Shown: positions 29,723 through 40,360 of the stretch, one piece after another
How the letters are laid out: each line of letters opens with the position of its first letter
Numbering within the stretch: the stretch's first letter is position 1
Sequence record: SRR20825019_327
Direction: 5' to 3' (one strand)
Length of the DNA: 59,291 bases
Position numbers and translations under genes: made by a program
The notes under the pieces: generated by a model
What the model was told of the DNA's origin: nothing
The model's input: only the letters and a program-made list of their open reading frames with translations
Databases searched by the model: none

Positions 29723-29846
29723 CACAAGGCTTTGAAGGGTTCGCTTTGTTCTTGCCCGGGGCAGGGCCATCAGGTAGCACAGGACCATAGCGTAGCGCTG
29801 CCGAGTTGCAAGCAATATGCTTTGTAGGATTGAGGGAGCCAACCCT

Positions 29847-30362
29847 TTGGCACGGAAACCATCAAAAAATGCTGTTAAATCTGACCGTCGTTGGCGTGCC
29901 GATAGTGCATCCAATGTTGCGCGGGCGTTGATGTCGCCTGCCATGCGGGCGAAAGGGTTTGCGCAAATTGAGGTGGTGACCCGCTGGGCTCATATTGTGG
30001 GGCCTGAGCTGGCGGCCAGCACACTCCCGGTGAATTTGAGGTTCCCGCGTGGTGAGCGCATGGGCGCGACGTTGCAGGTGCGTTGTGAATCGGCTTTTGC
30101 ACCGCTTCTTAGCCACAAGGCCGAGCGCGTGATCGAGATGGTGAACAGCTTTTTTGGCTACCGCGCGGTGGCCAAGCTGGAAGTGAAGCAGGGGCCGTTA
30201 CCTGTCTCTCGGAACAAGCCACTGCTTGAGAAAAAGCCGCTCGCGCCCGAGGTTGCCCGGAATTTGGACACACTTGTGGGCCAAGGAGAGTTGAGCCCGC
30301 TCAGGCAAGCGGTTAAAAGTTTGGGAGAATATGTGTTCTCCGGCACAAAAAAAGATCAGTAA
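29847..30362 (+). CDS. DUF721 / DciA-family protein
   Basis: KGFAQ..VVTRWAHIVG, ATLQV, VNSFFGYRAV..L..KQGP; usual position divergent from mutY. Confidence 0.85.
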   Translation: MARKPSKNAVKSDRRWRADSASNVARALMSPAMRAKGFAQIEVVTRWAHIVGPELAASTLPVNLRFPRGERMGATLQVRCESAFAPLLSHKAERVIEMVNSFFGYRAVAKLEVKQGPLPVSRNKPLLEKKPLAPEVARNLDTLVGQGELSPLRQAVKSLGEYVFSGTKKDQ

Positions 30363-30378
30363 ATCAGGATGGGAAACT

Positions 30379-30975
30379 ATGAGCTTTAAACAGATAATGA
30401 TGGCGATGGTGTTGTTCGCAGTACCGCAAATGGTGTGGGCGCAAGACGAAACCGCACTGGGCCTCCGGGGTGAGATCACTTATGGCGAAAAAACCGCGCC
30501 GGTTGAAGTGATCGAATATGGCTCATTCACCTGCCCGCATTGTGGTGAGTTTGCCACCGATGTGTTCCCGCAACTGAAGGCCGAGTATATCGATACGGGC
30601 AAGGTACGCTTCGTGTTTCGCAACTTTGTGCGGGACCGTTATGACATGGCTGTTGCTGCCATCAGCCGCTGCACCACAAAGCCGGAAGACACCAAGGCGA
30701 TGATCGCTGCGTTTTTTGAGCGCCAGAAAGAATGGATGACCTCGGAAAACCCATACGCCACAATGGCGGAAATCGCGGGCGAAGCCGGTGTGAGCGAGCA
30801 AGCGCTTGGTGAATGTGTTTCCGACCGTGGCCTGCAGGAGCACATCGTTGAGATGCGGACGGTCGGCATTGAGACCTATGAAATCAATTCGGTGCCTTGG
30901 GTGCTTGTAAACGGTGCGAAGGTGCATGCTCATTCCTATGATGAGCTTAAGGAAGCGATCGACGCAGCAAAATAA
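30379..30975 (+). CDS. DsbA/thioredoxin_4-family protein
   Basis: Signal peptide, APVEVIEYGSFTCPHC, YIDTGKVRFVFR, NSVP. Confidence 0.9.
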   Translation: MSFKQIMMAMVLFAVPQMVWAQDETALGLRGEITYGEKTAPVEVIEYGSFTCPHCGEFATDVFPQLKAEYIDTGKVRFVFRNFVRDRYDMAVAAISRCTTKPEDTKAMIAAFFERQKEWMTSENPYATMAEIAGEAGVSEQALGECVSDRGLQEHIVEMRTVGIETYEINSVPWVLVNGAKVHAHSYDELKEAIDAAK

Positions 30976-31067
30976 GATGAAGGTTAAGCGGGCAGGGTGT
31001 GGGTCAAAAAAGACTCGTCAGCCCGCTTTTTGCGATGTAAACACAATATATAGTGGGTGAGGACATT

Positions 31068-31754
31068 ATGAGCTACAACAAATACGGATTTGGTTTTCGC
31101 ATGATTGGCGCAGCGGCGCTTTTGACGCTTGCGGCCTGTGGCGAAAACTCGTCAGAAAACGGGTCAGGTGAGGCGGTAACCGTTGAAGGTGTGGCGGAAG
31201 CCACTGTGGTTGACGCCGCAGACCGTGAAGGCACATGGGGTGACATCGTTTACGGTGATCCAAACGCTCCGGTAACGATCGTTGAATATGCGTCTTTGAC
31301 ATGCCCGCACTGTGCAACATTTGCCAAAGAATATTTCCCGGACTTCAAGAAAAAATACATTGAAACGGGCAAGGTGAAACTCCTGTATCGCAACTATATC
31401 ATGAACAGGGTTGACCTGACGGCTTCTGCCGCTGCCCGCTGCGGCAACCAGGAAGTAACGCAAAAGCTCATGAGCGTATTTTTCGCGCGTCAGTATGACT
31501 GGGCGCGGTCTGAGAAGCCGGTGGATGAGCTGGCGTCACTTGCGCGCCGGGTTGGTATCAGCCGCACACAGTTTGACCGCTGCGTGAATGACAAGGACAT
31601 GCACCGCCACCTTATGGCGCTGACCAAAACTGCGTCAGAGGATTATGGGGTCAACTCGACGCCAAGTTTCTTCGTTGAGGGTGAGCGCATGGAGTTCACA
31701 ACATTTGAAGACCTTATCGAGACGATAGACAAAGCAATCGGCGACGCCAGCTAG
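31068..31754 (+). CDS. DsbA/thioredoxin_4-family lipoprotein
   Basis: Lipobox LAAC, APVTIVEYASLTCPHC, YIETGKV, NSTPSFF. Confidence 0.9.
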   Translation: MSYNKYGFGFRMIGAAALLTLAACGENSSENGSGEAVTVEGVAEATVVDAADREGTWGDIVYGDPNAPVTIVEYASLTCPHCATFAKEYFPDFKKKYIETGKVKLLYRNYIMNRVDLTASAAARCGNQEVTQKLMSVFFARQYDWARSEKPVDELASLARRVGISRTQFDRCVNDKDMHRHLMALTKTASEDYGVNSTPSFFVEGERMEFTTFEDLIETIDKAIGDAS

Positions 31755-31822
31755 GGGTCGCTTCAAAGCGGCACTTGTGGGGACTGGTGCCGCTTTGCTG
31801 AAAGGGGGAGTGTTACGCAGCC

Positions 31823-34800
31823 ATGCGTTTCTCGCGACTGCGATTATCGGGGTTTAAATCCTTCGTCGATCCGACCGAGCTTCATATCGAGCGCGGCCTG
31901 ACCGGCGTTGTGGGTCCGAACGGCTGCGGAAAATCCAACCTTCTTGAAGCTATACGCTGGGTGATGGGCGAAAACCGCGCCAAGTCTTTGCGTGGGTCTG
32001 GCATGGACGATGTGATCTTTGCGGGCACCGACAAGCGCTCCCCGCGCAACATGGCCGAGGTCACGCTGGTTATCGATAATCAGGACCGATCCGCCCCCGC
32101 AGATTATAACGAAGAAGATACGATTGAGGTCACGCGCCGCATTGAGCGCGAAAGCGGCTCTGCTTACCGAATCAATGGCAGAGACGTGCGCCAGAAAGAC
32201 GTGCAGCTGTTGTTTGCGGACGCTGCCACGGGCGCACACTCACCGGCGCTCGTCAGTCAGGGCCGGATCGGCAGCCTGATCAACGCCAAACCGCAAGACA
32301 GACGCGCGATTTTGGAAGAAGCTGCAGGCATTTCCGGCCTGCACACCCGCCGCAAGGAAGCGGAAAGCCGTCTGCGCGGTGCCGAGGGCAATCTCACGCG
32401 CCTGCAGGATGTTATTCAGGCCATGGAAGCGCAGGTGCAAAGCCTGAAGCGTCAGGCCAAACAGGCAGTGCGCTACCGCAGTATATCTGGTGATATCAGG
32501 CAGGCGGAAGCGAGTCTTCTGTACCTGAAATGGCGGCTTGCCTCTGAAGAGGTTATCACGCTGGAACGCACGCTTCGTGAGGCGGAGAAAACCACCGGTC
32601 AGGTTGCCGAGATCGTCGCAAAGCTTTCCAGGGAGCAAACCGAGGTCGCAGCCGCCCTGCCGCCGCTGAGGGAGGCTGACGCGGAAGCCGCAGCCCGCCT
32701 GCAGCGCCTGACCATTGAACGCGAAAATCTGGAAGCTGAGGCTGAGCGGCGTAAGCAAACTGCGGCAGGCTTGAGGGCAGCACTTGAACAAATCGCCGCC
32801 GACCGGGAACGTGAGCAAGAGATCGCCAACGACGCCAAGGCAGCTGTTGATCGGTTGGGGACGGAACGCACACGACTTGAAGCTGCGCGGGATAGCGAAA
32901 AAGCATCTGAGGTTGAAGCGCGAGAGCGGCTGGATACATCCGCCAAAGCCGCGAGTGGTGCCGAATCGGAATTTGATGTGCTGTCTGAGCAGGCGGCGCA
33001 GGCGCGTGCCCGGCGCTCCAGCCTTGAAAGCGACAAGCTGGCGATTGCTCGCCGCACTTCGCAACTGCAGGCCGAGCAGGAACGCCTGGGGCGTGAGCTT
33101 GATGCAATGACCGCCGCTGACGATGTGCTTTCGGCCCTAAAGGCTGCGGAAAGCGCTGTCGCGAAGGAGGAGGAACGATTGGCTCATGCGGGTGAGGCGT
33201 TGCAGGCAGCGGAAGCCGCAACCCAACAGGCGCGTGCGGGCCGCAATGATGCTGACGCGATCCGCTCTGAGCATGAAGGACGAGCCAAATCTCTGACCGG
33301 CGAGGTGGCCAGCCTTGAGCGCATGGTGGCAGACAGCAGCAAGGGTGACACAGCGCCTGTTGCCGCAGATGTACGAGCCGCGCCGGGTTTCGAGCAAGCC
33401 GTTGGTGCAGCACTCGGTGACGACGCGGAAGCAGGTCTTGCCGACAGTGAGCTCCGTTTCTGGGCAACAAGGGATGCGCTTGACGCCCCTTCATGGCCTG
33501 AGGGTGTTGAGGCCGTCACAGCGCATGTAGAGGCACCAAAAGCACTTGGCCGCAGGCTGACCTTCACGGGCCTTTTGAAAGACGGTGCAGACGGTGACCG
33601 GGCCGCTAGCCAGCTATTACCAGGACAGGTGCTGGTCTCGAAAGACGGGGCGCTCTGGCGCTGGGATGGTTTCTGCCAGCGGGCGGGGGCACCCTCGGAA
33701 GCGGCGGTACGGTTAGAGCGCAAGAACCGGCTGAGCGCACTTCAAAAACAACTGACAGAAGCAACGGCCGCCGCAGATAAAGCCGCCAAAAGTGCGGAGG
33801 TTGCCGCTGAGGCACACCAAAAAGCACGTGAGGCAGAGCAAGCACAGCGGGACATTCGGCAGGCTGCAGAAAGAGCACTTGCAGACGCACGGCGTAGCCT
33901 TGTGACCGCGGAACAGGAAGCAAGCAAGCGGGCCAGCAAGGTCACGATGCTGAAGGATACGCTCGCGCGCCTTCAGGAAGAGGAGAAAGAGACCCTAGGC
34001 AGGCAAGCCGCTATTGATGAGAAAGTCGCTGCCCTGCCGGAGAACGCAAAACTCGAGGGCGAACTGCAGGCACTGCGTTCCCGCGTGGAAGGATTGCGCA
34101 CTGAACTGAGTACCGCGCGGGCGGCCTATGATAGCTTGCGGCGTGAGGCAGAAGTACGGAATGACAGGCTTAGCGCTATCCGTACCGAATCGGGCGCGTG
34201 GGAGCTAAGGGTTAAAAGTGCTGCCAAACAGCTCGCAGCGCTTGATGAGCGGCAACAGGACACAAAAAAGCAGCTTTCTGCCGCTGAAGCCAGCCCTGAA
34301 GATATCGAGAATCGCCGGCAGGCGCTTCTGGATCAGATAGCGATTGCAGATAAAGCGCGGGCTGAGACAAGTGAGAAGTTGCGCGCTGCCGAAACCAGCC
34401 TGGCGGAGAAGGACAAGGCGCTCAAGGAAACCAGCGAAGCTCAGGCAGAAAGCCGTGAGCGGCAGATCAGGGCGGAAGCTGCTGTTGAAAATGCCGTCAG
34501 CCGCCGCAAGGATATCGCCGGCCAGATTGGTGAGCGGTTTGAGTGCGCACCCACGCACCTTCTCGAGAAAGTCGGTCTTGAAGCGAGCGATAGTTTGCCC
34601 GAAGCCATGGTGCTGGAAAGCAAGCTTGAGAAGTTGAAACGCGAGCGGGACCGCCTTGGGGCCGTTAACCTGCGCGCAGATGAAGAACTCACTGAAATCG
34701 AAGAACAACTTGCGCACCTGACGGGGGAACGCGCTGACCTTGAGAATGCCATTGCGCGGCTCAGGCAGGCGATTTCCAGCCTGAACAAGGAAGGGCGCGC

Positions 34801-35281
34801 GCGGCTTCTAAGTGCTTTTGAGGTGGTGAACAATCACTTTGGCGAATTGTTCAAAAGCCTGTTTGGTGGCGGTGAAGCGCATCTGGAGTTGACCGAATCC
34901 GATGACCCGCTTGATGCAGGACTTGAGATTTTTGCAAGCCCGCCGGGCAAGAAGCTGCAGGCGCTCTCGCTGCTCTCGGGTGGAGAGCAGGCGCTAACGG
35001 CACTTTCCCTTATATTTGCGGTGTTTATCACCAATCCGGCACCGATTTGCGTGTTGGATGAGGTGGATGCGCCGCTTGACGATGCAAACGTGGAACGTTT
35101 CTGTAATCTCCTGGATGAGATGATCGACCGCACCGATACCCGTTTCCTGATTGTGACCCACAACGCGGTATCCATGGCCAGAATGAAGCGCCTGTTTGGT
35201 GTGACAATGGCGGAACGGGGAATTTCGACGCTTGTCTCGGTTGACCTTGAGCGCGCGGCAGAAATGCGCGAAGCAGGTTAG
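31823..35281 (+). CDS. smc: Chromosome segregation protein SMC
   Basis: GFKSF, GPNGCGKSN, long coiled coils, hinge, LLSGGEQ, LDEVDAPLDDAN. Confidence 0.97.
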   Translation: MRFSRLRLSGFKSFVDPTELHIERGLTGVVGPNGCGKSNLLEAIRWVMGENRAKSLRGSGMDDVIFAGTDKRSPRNMAEVTLVIDNQDRSAPADYNEEDTIEVTRRIERESGSAYRINGRDVRQKDVQLLFADAATGAHSPALVSQGRIGSLINAKPQDRRAILEEAAGISGLHTRRKEAESRLRGAEGNLTRLQDVIQAMEAQVQSLKRQAKQAVRYRSISGDIRQAEASLLYLKWRLASEEVITLERTLREAEKTTGQVAEIVAKLSREQTEVAAALPPLREADAEAAARLQRLTIERENLEAEAERRKQTAAGLRAALEQIAADREREQEIANDAKAAVDRLGTERTRLEAARDSEKASEVEARERLDTSAKAASGAESEFDVLSEQAAQARARRSSLESDKLAIARRTSQLQAEQERLGRELDAMTAADDVLSALKAAESAVAKEEERLAHAGEALQAAEAATQQARAGRNDADAIRSEHEGRAKSLTGEVASLERMVADSSKGDTAPVAADVRAAPGFEQAVGAALGDDAEAGLADSELRFWATRDALDAPSWPEGVEAVTAHVEAPKALGRRLTFTGLLKDGADGDRAASQLLPGQVLVSKDGALWRWDGFCQRAGAPSEAAVRLERKNRLSALQKQLTEATAAADKAAKSAEVAAEAHQKAREAEQAQRDIRQAAERALADARRSLVTAEQEASKRASKVTMLKDTLARLQEEEKETLGRQAAIDEKVAALPENAKLEGELQALRSRVEGLRTELSTARAAYDSLRREAEVRNDRLSAIRTESGAWELRVKSAAKQLAALDERQQDTKKQLSAAEASPEDIENRRQALLDQIAIADKARAETSEKLRAAETSLAEKDKALKETSEAQAESRERQIRAEAAVENAVSRRKDIAGQIGERFECAPTHLLEKVGLEASDSLPEAMVLESKLEKLKRERDRLGAVNLRADEELTEIEEQLAHLTGERADLENAIARLRQAISSLNKEGRARLLSAFEVVNNHFGELFKSLFGGGEAHLELTESDDPLDAGLEIFASPPGKKLQALSLLSGGEQALTALSLIFAVFITNPAPICVLDEVDAPLDDANVERFCNLLDEMIDRTDTRFLIVTHNAVSMARMKRLFGVTMAERGISTLVSVDLERAAEMREAG

Positions 35282-35339
35282 TGAAAGATTTCTCATAAAA
35301 TCTTTATAAAACAATAAGTTAACTAATTTTTATTGGTTC

Positions 35340-35368
35340 TTGACACGGGGTAGGGCGTTCACTATGTT
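35340..35368 (+). promoter_or_regulatory. Sigma70 promoter of the F0 atp operon with AT-rich upstream element
   Basis: TTGACA-N17-TATGTT preceded by an AT-rich tract at about 35295-35333. Confidence 0.7.
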
Positions 35369-35449
35369 GCAGGCGCCTTTTATGGCGCTTCCCTTATGGG
35401 GGAGAGGCCCGGCAAAAACGTAGGTCAGACGCGGTTTGACGAGAGGTGG

Positions 35450-35800
35450 ATGGCGATGGGTAACGAAGATCGAGACCCGGCCCTGAAGTCCCTCGAAACG
35501 CGATTGAACCAGGCCCGGCAAAAGAGGCTGTGGAACGATGGAGACGATGATGCTCCTTCACCCATGGGTAGGGCTTTTGCAATGGGTATTCATCTGGTAG
35601 TTGGCGTGGTCGTAGGACTGATGGTCGGCATTAATCTGGATGAATGGCTTGGAACATCGCCAGTTCTTCTGATCCTCTTTTTGCTGCTTGGTTTTGGTGC
35701 AGGTATCCGGAATGTGATCCGGGATGCCATGCGAATGCAAAACGAGGCCATGAGCGCCGAAGAGAAGGTTGAGCCGGCCAAAGGGGCCGACAAAGATTGA
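35450..35800 (+). CDS. atpI: AtpZ/AtpI family protein
   Basis: LVVGVVVG...G..LDEWLGTSP...LGFGAG..NV; first gene of the F0 operon. Confidence 0.88.
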   Translation: MAMGNEDRDPALKSLETRLNQARQKRLWNDGDDDAPSPMGRAFAMGIHLVVGVVVGLMVGINLDEWLGTSPVLLILFLLLGFGAGIRNVIRDAMRMQNEAMSAEEKVEPAKGADKD

Positions 35801-35837
35801 CCGCGATCCGCATAAAGCGGGTGGCATAAAAAAAGAG

Positions 35838-36593
35838 ATGGTAGCCGTGGCAGGACCTCTTGAGCAGTTTAAAATCAATTCCTACGCAGAAATGCAAGTT
35901 GCTGGTGTTGATGCTTCCTTTACCAACAGCTCCCTTTGGATGGTACTTGTAGTGACCGCACTGACCACATTTCTTGTGGGTGGCATGCGCAAAAGCGCGC
36001 TGGTGCCGGGTCGCTGGCAGTCCATGGTCGAAATGGCCTACGAATTTGTCGCCAATATGGTGAAAGAGAATGTTGGCCGTGACGGCAAACAGTTCTTTCC
36101 CTTCATTTTTACACTTTTCATGTTTGTGCTGGGTGGCAACCTCGCCGGCATGTTGCCTTATAGCTTCACCATCACCAGCCACATCATCGTGACGCTTGCG
36201 CTCGCGCTTGTTGTGTTCCTTGGTGTTACCATTCTGGGCTTTTATAAGCACGGCCTTGGTTTCCTGAAGCTTTTTGCACCGTCTGGTGTGCCTGCACCGC
36301 TTTACCTGCTGATCATTCCTGTTGAAGTGCTGAGCTACTTCACACGTCCGATCAGCCTGTCGGTGCGTCTGTTCGCCAACATGATGGCGGGCCACATTAT
36401 GCTGAAAGTGTTTGCCGGTTTCGTCGTCAGCCTTGGTGCTGCTGGTGCGCTCGGCGTGTTTGGGGCGATCTTCCCGTTCGCATTCAACATCTTCCTTACA
36501 GGTCTGGAACTCCTGGTGGCGTTCCTGCAGGCCTATGTATTTGCCATTCTTTCCTGTATCTATCTGCATGATGCCCTGCATCCTGCGCACTAG
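35838..36593 (+). CDS. atpB: ATP synthase F0 subunit a
   Basis: PLEQF, FTNSSLWM, VPGRWQ, RPISLSVRLFANMMAGH, LQAYVF; start 35838 or GTG 35847. Confidence 0.97.
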   Translation: MVAVAGPLEQFKINSYAEMQVAGVDASFTNSSLWMVLVVTALTTFLVGGMRKSALVPGRWQSMVEMAYEFVANMVKENVGRDGKQFFPFIFTLFMFVLGGNLAGMLPYSFTITSHIIVTLALALVVFLGVTILGFYKHGLGFLKLFAPSGVPAPLYLLIIPVEVLSYFTRPISLSVRLFANMMAGHIMLKVFAGFVVSLGAAGALGVFGAIFPFAFNIFLTGLELLVAFLQAYVFAILSCIYLHDALHPAH

Positions 36594-36663
36594 GCTACAG
36601 GCAAAGACAAAGTTAAACTTAGAGATAATCCAAATCTTCTCATAAACGAAGGAAACGAGAAAA

Positions 36664-36891
36664 ATGGACGTTCAAGCTGCAAAAATGATCGGTGCTGGTA
36701 TTGCAACCCTCGCACTTGCTGGTGTTGGTATTGGCCTTGGTAACATCTTCGGTAGCTTCCTGTCGGGCGCACTTCGCAACCCGTCTGCTGCTCCTAAAGT
36801 GTTCGGCAACCTGCTCCTTGGCTTCGCACTGACTGAAGCCCTCGCGATTTTTGCCCTTCTGATCGCTATCCTGCTTCTCTTCGTAGTTTAA
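36664..36891 (+). CDS. atpE: ATP synthase F0 subunit c
   Basis: GAGIA...GVGIGLG, ALRNP, GFALTEA. Confidence 0.97.
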   Translation: MDVQAAKMIGAGIATLALAGVGIGLGNIFGSFLSGALRNPSAAPKVFGNLLLGFALTEALAIFALLIAILLLFVV

Positions 36892-37007
36892 TCTACAAGA
36901 GTTGAAGGTTGGCCCCGGCTGGGCCTTTAGGGATTTGCCGGGGCAACAGTGATTGACCATGGGGTGCTTAGGTGCTGTATGGTCTTCTAAAGCGATTGAG
37001 ACAGGCT

Positions 37008-37550
37008 ATGGCAGAAACGCAAACTGAAGTGGCGGCCGCTGGACAAGGTGGACTTCCACAGTTCGACGCCACGACATTCGAGACCCAGCTCGTCTGGTTG
37101 CTCCTGAGCTTTGTCGTTCTCTTCATTATCGTGTCGCGCATGGCATTGCCGCGGGTGACCAAGGTTCTGGAAGAACGTGAAGAGCGCATTGCTACAGACC
37201 TTGATACTGCTGAGCGTCTTCGCCGTGAAGCGGAAGACGTGAAAAACGCGTATGAGGTTTCTGTTGTTGAAGCTCGCCGTAAAGCCCAAGAGACAATCCT
37301 GAGCGCGAAAGACAGCATTAAAGCTGACATCGCGAAAGCACAGGCTGAACTTGACGCGAAGTTGGGTGCAAAAGCTGCTGAAGCTGAAGCCAACATCGCC
37401 AAGGCTCGTAAGCAGGCTCTTGCCGATATCGACGCTGTTGCAAGCGAAGTTGCCGCTGAAATGGTGACCAAGCTGGCGGGTGTTGACGTGGACGCGGCAG
37501 ACACAGGCAAGGCTGTCAAGGCAGCTCTGGCCGACGTGAAGGGAGCATAA
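37008..37550 (+). CDS. atpG: ATP synthase F0 subunit b'
   Basis: GLPQFD.TTF.TQLVWL, LPRV..VLEER; coiled coil. Confidence 0.9.
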   Translation: MAETQTEVAAAGQGGLPQFDATTFETQLVWLLLSFVVLFIIVSRMALPRVTKVLEEREERIATDLDTAERLRREAEDVKNAYEVSVVEARRKAQETILSAKDSIKADIAKAQAELDAKLGAKAAEAEANIAKARKQALADIDAVASEVAAEMVTKLAGVDVDAADTGKAVKAALADVKGA

Positions 37551-37552
37551 AG

Positions 37553-38056
37553 ATGGCATCTGGTGTACCCTTTTACATGGATCCAACCTTCTGGGTTGCA
37601 GGTTCATTCGCTGTGTTTGTTGGCGGCGCAATCTGGGGCAAGGCACACAAGAAAATTGGTGCCATGCTCGACGAGCGTTCTGCTGTTATCAAGGCTCAGC
37701 TTGAGGAAGCACAACAGCTGCGTGAAGAAGCTGAAAAACTTCTGAGCGAGTACCAGCGCAAACAACGCGACGCTGAAAAAGAAGCTGCGGATATGGTTGC
37801 GCAAGCGAAGGAAGACGCGAAGATCATGGCGAAAGAGGCGAAAGCCGATATCGAAGCCATGGCTGCTCGTCGGACCCGCGCAGCAGAAGAAAAAATTGCA
37901 CAGGCTGAAGCCAGTGCAGTGAAAGAAGTTAAAGCTGTTGCCGTGAATGCGGCGGTGGCTGCAGCGTCTGCAGTGATTGCAGACAAGCTCAAAGGCAAAG
38001 AAGGCGGCGCGCTTGTTGATCGTGCGATTGCCGGTGTTGAAGAGAAGCTGCACTAG
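37553..38056 (+). CDS. atpF: ATP synthase F0 subunit b
   Basis: PTFWVA, LDERS..I...LEEA..LREEA, KIAQAEA.A. Confidence 0.93.
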   Translation: MASGVPFYMDPTFWVAGSFAVFVGGAIWGKAHKKIGAMLDERSAVIKAQLEEAQQLREEAEKLLSEYQRKQRDAEKEAADMVAQAKEDAKIMAKEAKADIEAMAARRTRAAEEKIAQAEASAVKEVKAVAVNAAVAAASAVIADKLKGKEGGALVDRAIAGVEEKLH

Positions 38057-38097
38057 AGTTTTACAAGTTCTGAGTATATTTTTACGTTCTGAGTTCT

Positions 38098-38131
38098 AAG
38101 ACGCTCCGCCTATTTGGCGGGGCGTTTTTTC
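38098..38131 (+). terminator. Intrinsic terminator of the atp F0 operon
   Basis: AAGACGCTCCGCC-TATTT-GGCGGGGCGTTTTTT. Confidence 0.85.
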
Positions 38132-38188
38132 TTGGCGCAGCGACGGCTATCGGATACCCATGCTTGCAACATTGTGGAGCATGAAGTT

Positions 38189-39112
38189 GTGACAAAAGAC
38201 CAGGCTGGAAAATTGATGAAGATGGCCACTTGGGCCGCAATCACCGTTGCGAGCACGCTGGTCATTGCCAAGGCTGTTGCATGGTGGTTTTCCGGCTCGG
38301 TCGCGATGCTGGGATCGCTTACGGATTCGACACTTGATCTGGCGGCGTCTCTCGTCACCATGTTTGCGGTGCGCGTGGCGCTTATCCCGGCTGATGACGA
38401 CCACCGGTTTGGCCATGGTAAAGCAGAAGCCCTGGCGGGCCTTTTTCAGGCGGCGGTGATGACCGGGTCTGCGGTTTACCTGATCCTCGAATCCATCAGC
38501 CGGATATGGGAACCTGTGCCGCCTATGCGCTCGGATATGATCATTGCAGCCTCTGGCCTTGCTATTGCCCTGTCGCTCTGTCTGGTGATTTTCCAGAGCT
38601 ATGTGGTGAAACGCACAGGCTCGCTCGCGATCGCCGGGGACCATTTGCACTATAAGGGCGACCTGCTCCTGAACGCTGCAGTTATCGGCTCCACGTTGAT
38701 AGCGGGCTCAGGTTTCCTGTACGCGGACGGCATTTTTGGTCTGCTGATTGGCGGTTACATTATCTTTGGTGCTTATGATATTGCGCGCCCTGCCATCGAC
38801 ATGCTGATGGACAAGGAATTTGATGATAGTGAGCGCGAATGTATCTTCAATATCGTGATGGCAAACCCTGACGTCCTTGGACTGCACGAACTCAAAACAA
38901 GATCGTCGGGCCGGGACCGCTTCATTCAGATGCATATTGAGGTGCCGGGCACCATGACGGTGGCAGCAGCGCATATTATTGCCGATGAGGTGGAAGCCAC
39001 CCTCGGGGAAGTTTACCCTGATACAGAGATCTTTATCCATATGGACCCGCCAAGCCAGGGCTCTGATGAGCTGACGGTGCAGGAGCTGGGCAAGCTGGAG
39101 GAGTTTAAATGA
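38189..39112 (+). CDS. fieF: Cation diffusion facilitator (FieF/YiiP-like)
   Basis: SLTDSTLD, PADDDHRFGHGKAE, GDHLHYKGD, HELKTR.SG, IHMDP; start uncertain. Confidence 0.9.
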   Translation: MTKDQAGKLMKMATWAAITVASTLVIAKAVAWWFSGSVAMLGSLTDSTLDLAASLVTMFAVRVALIPADDDHRFGHGKAEALAGLFQAAVMTGSAVYLILESISRIWEPVPPMRSDMIIAASGLAIALSLCLVIFQSYVVKRTGSLAIAGDHLHYKGDLLLNAAVIGSTLIAGSGFLYADGIFGLLIGGYIIFGAYDIARPAIDMLMDKEFDDSERECIFNIVMANPDVLGLHELKTRSSGRDRFIQMHIEVPGTMTVAAAHIIADEVEATLGEVYPDTEIFIHMDPPSQGSDELTVQELGKLEEFK

Positions 39113-39465
39113 TTACTATTTATGGCATTAAAAACTGCGACACAGTAAAAAAGGCCCGCAAGTGGCTTGAGGCCGAAGGGCTGGAGCATCGCTTCCATGA
39201 TTTCAGGGCCGACGGTATTGATGCAGCGCTTGTGGCGCGCTTTGTGGACGCACTGGGCTTTGAAGCGGTGCTGAACACTCGCGGCACCACCTGGCGCAAG
39301 CTGAGCGAGGCTGAGAAAGCTGATGTGGACAGTGCTAAGGCCTGCGCGCTTATGCTGGCGAATGAGGCTTTGATCAAGCGCCCGGTATGGGAGAAGGGCG
39401 GTGACTACCGTCTTGGCTTCGCAGCGAAGGATATGGATGCCCTGAGAGCGTGGTTGAAAGCCTAG
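39109..39465 (+). CDS. ArsC/Spx family reductase (YffB-like)
   Basis: IYGIKNCDTVKKARKWL, LNTRGTTWRKL, LIKRPV. Confidence 0.92.
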   Translation: MITIYGIKNCDTVKKARKWLEAEGLEHRFHDFRADGIDAALVARFVDALGFEAVLNTRGTTWRKLSEAEKADVDSAKACALMLANEALIKRPVWEKGGDYRLGFAAKDMDALRAWLKA

Positions 39466-39474
39466 AAAGGCAAT

Positions 39475-40293
39475 ATGGTGCGCGATATACCTTTTTATCA
39501 GGTTGATGCATTCACCAGCCAGCCATTTGCGGGCAACCCGGCGGCCGTGTGTGTGCTGCCAAGCTTCCCTGATGATGGGGTGATGCAGCAGATCGCCGCG
39601 GAAAATAACCTTGCCGAAACCGCCTTTATCATGCGGCGTGACGGCGGCGCTGCCCACTATGACCTGCGTTGGTTCACCCCCACTGTGGAGGTGGAGATTT
39701 GCGGCCACGCAACACTCGCGAGCGCCCATGTCGTATTCACGCATCTGGAAACTGATGCTGGCGCTGTGGTGTTTGAAACCCGATCGGGCACCATGACGGT
39801 GATGCGGCAGGCGGACGGCAAGCTGTGCCTTGATTTCCCGAACTATGCACCAGCGCCTTTCCCGTGCCCAAGCGGGCTGGGGGCTGCTATGGGGCGCGAG
39901 CCTGATGCCGTACTGAAAAGCGATAAGGGCGACAGAGACCTGCTGTTGGTTTACGTGTGTGCGGCAGACGTTGAAGCACTGACGCCAGACCTTCACGCAT
40001 TAAGGCAGTTTGCGCCATTTGGTTTTATCGCCACAGCAAAAGGTGAGGGGGATATCGATTTTGTATCCCGCTGTTTTTTCCCCAACCACGGCATCCCGGA
40101 AGACCCGGTAACAGGCTCAGCCCACTGTGTGTCTGCGCCCTACTGGGCCAAGGTGTTTGGGAAGAATACGTTGCGCGCCCGGCAAGTGTCTCCGCGAAGT
40201 GGTGATCTGTGGCTTGAGGTCGCGGGTGGCCGTGTTCTGATCGCGGGTTATGCGGTTGAGGTTATCTCGGGTACTATGTGCCTGCCTGATTAA
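39475..40293 (+). CDS. PhzF family isomerase/epimerase
   Basis: QVDAF..PFAGNPAAV, NNLAETAF, RWFTPTVEVEICGHATLA, EDPVTGSAH. Confidence 0.93.
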   Translation: MVRDIPFYQVDAFTSQPFAGNPAAVCVLPSFPDDGVMQQIAAENNLAETAFIMRRDGGAAHYDLRWFTPTVEVEICGHATLASAHVVFTHLETDAGAVVFETRSGTMTVMRQADGKLCLDFPNYAPAPFPCPSGLGAAMGREPDAVLKSDKGDRDLLLVYVCAADVEALTPDLHALRQFAPFGFIATAKGEGDIDFVSRCFFPNHGIPEDPVTGSAHCVSAPYWAKVFGKNTLRARQVSPRSGDLWLEVAGGRVLIAGYAVEVISGTMCLPD

Positions 40294-40307
40294 TCCTGCG
40301 CCCGCGC

Positions 40308-40334
40308 GAACCTTTCCCGCCTGTTTTGCGTCCT
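40308..40334 (+). promoter_or_regulatory. ECF-type (likely autoregulatory) promoter
   Basis: GAACC-N16-CGTCCT just upstream of the ECF sigma gene. Confidence 0.6.
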
Positions 40335-40360
40335 AAGGGAAGAAGGAGGATGCAAAACCC

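Noticed and set aside
35309..35322. IHF-like sites (AAACAATAAGTTA here; similar near 4727 and 11387)
   Set aside because: Degenerate AT-rich matches that deviate from WATCAANNNNTTR; not supportable without data.
32240..36590. Long antisense or alternative-frame ORFs over smc and atpB (also seen over metF, metH, phzF and others)
   Set aside because: Shadow ORFs expected from codon bias in GC-rich genes; they overlap clearly identified genes.
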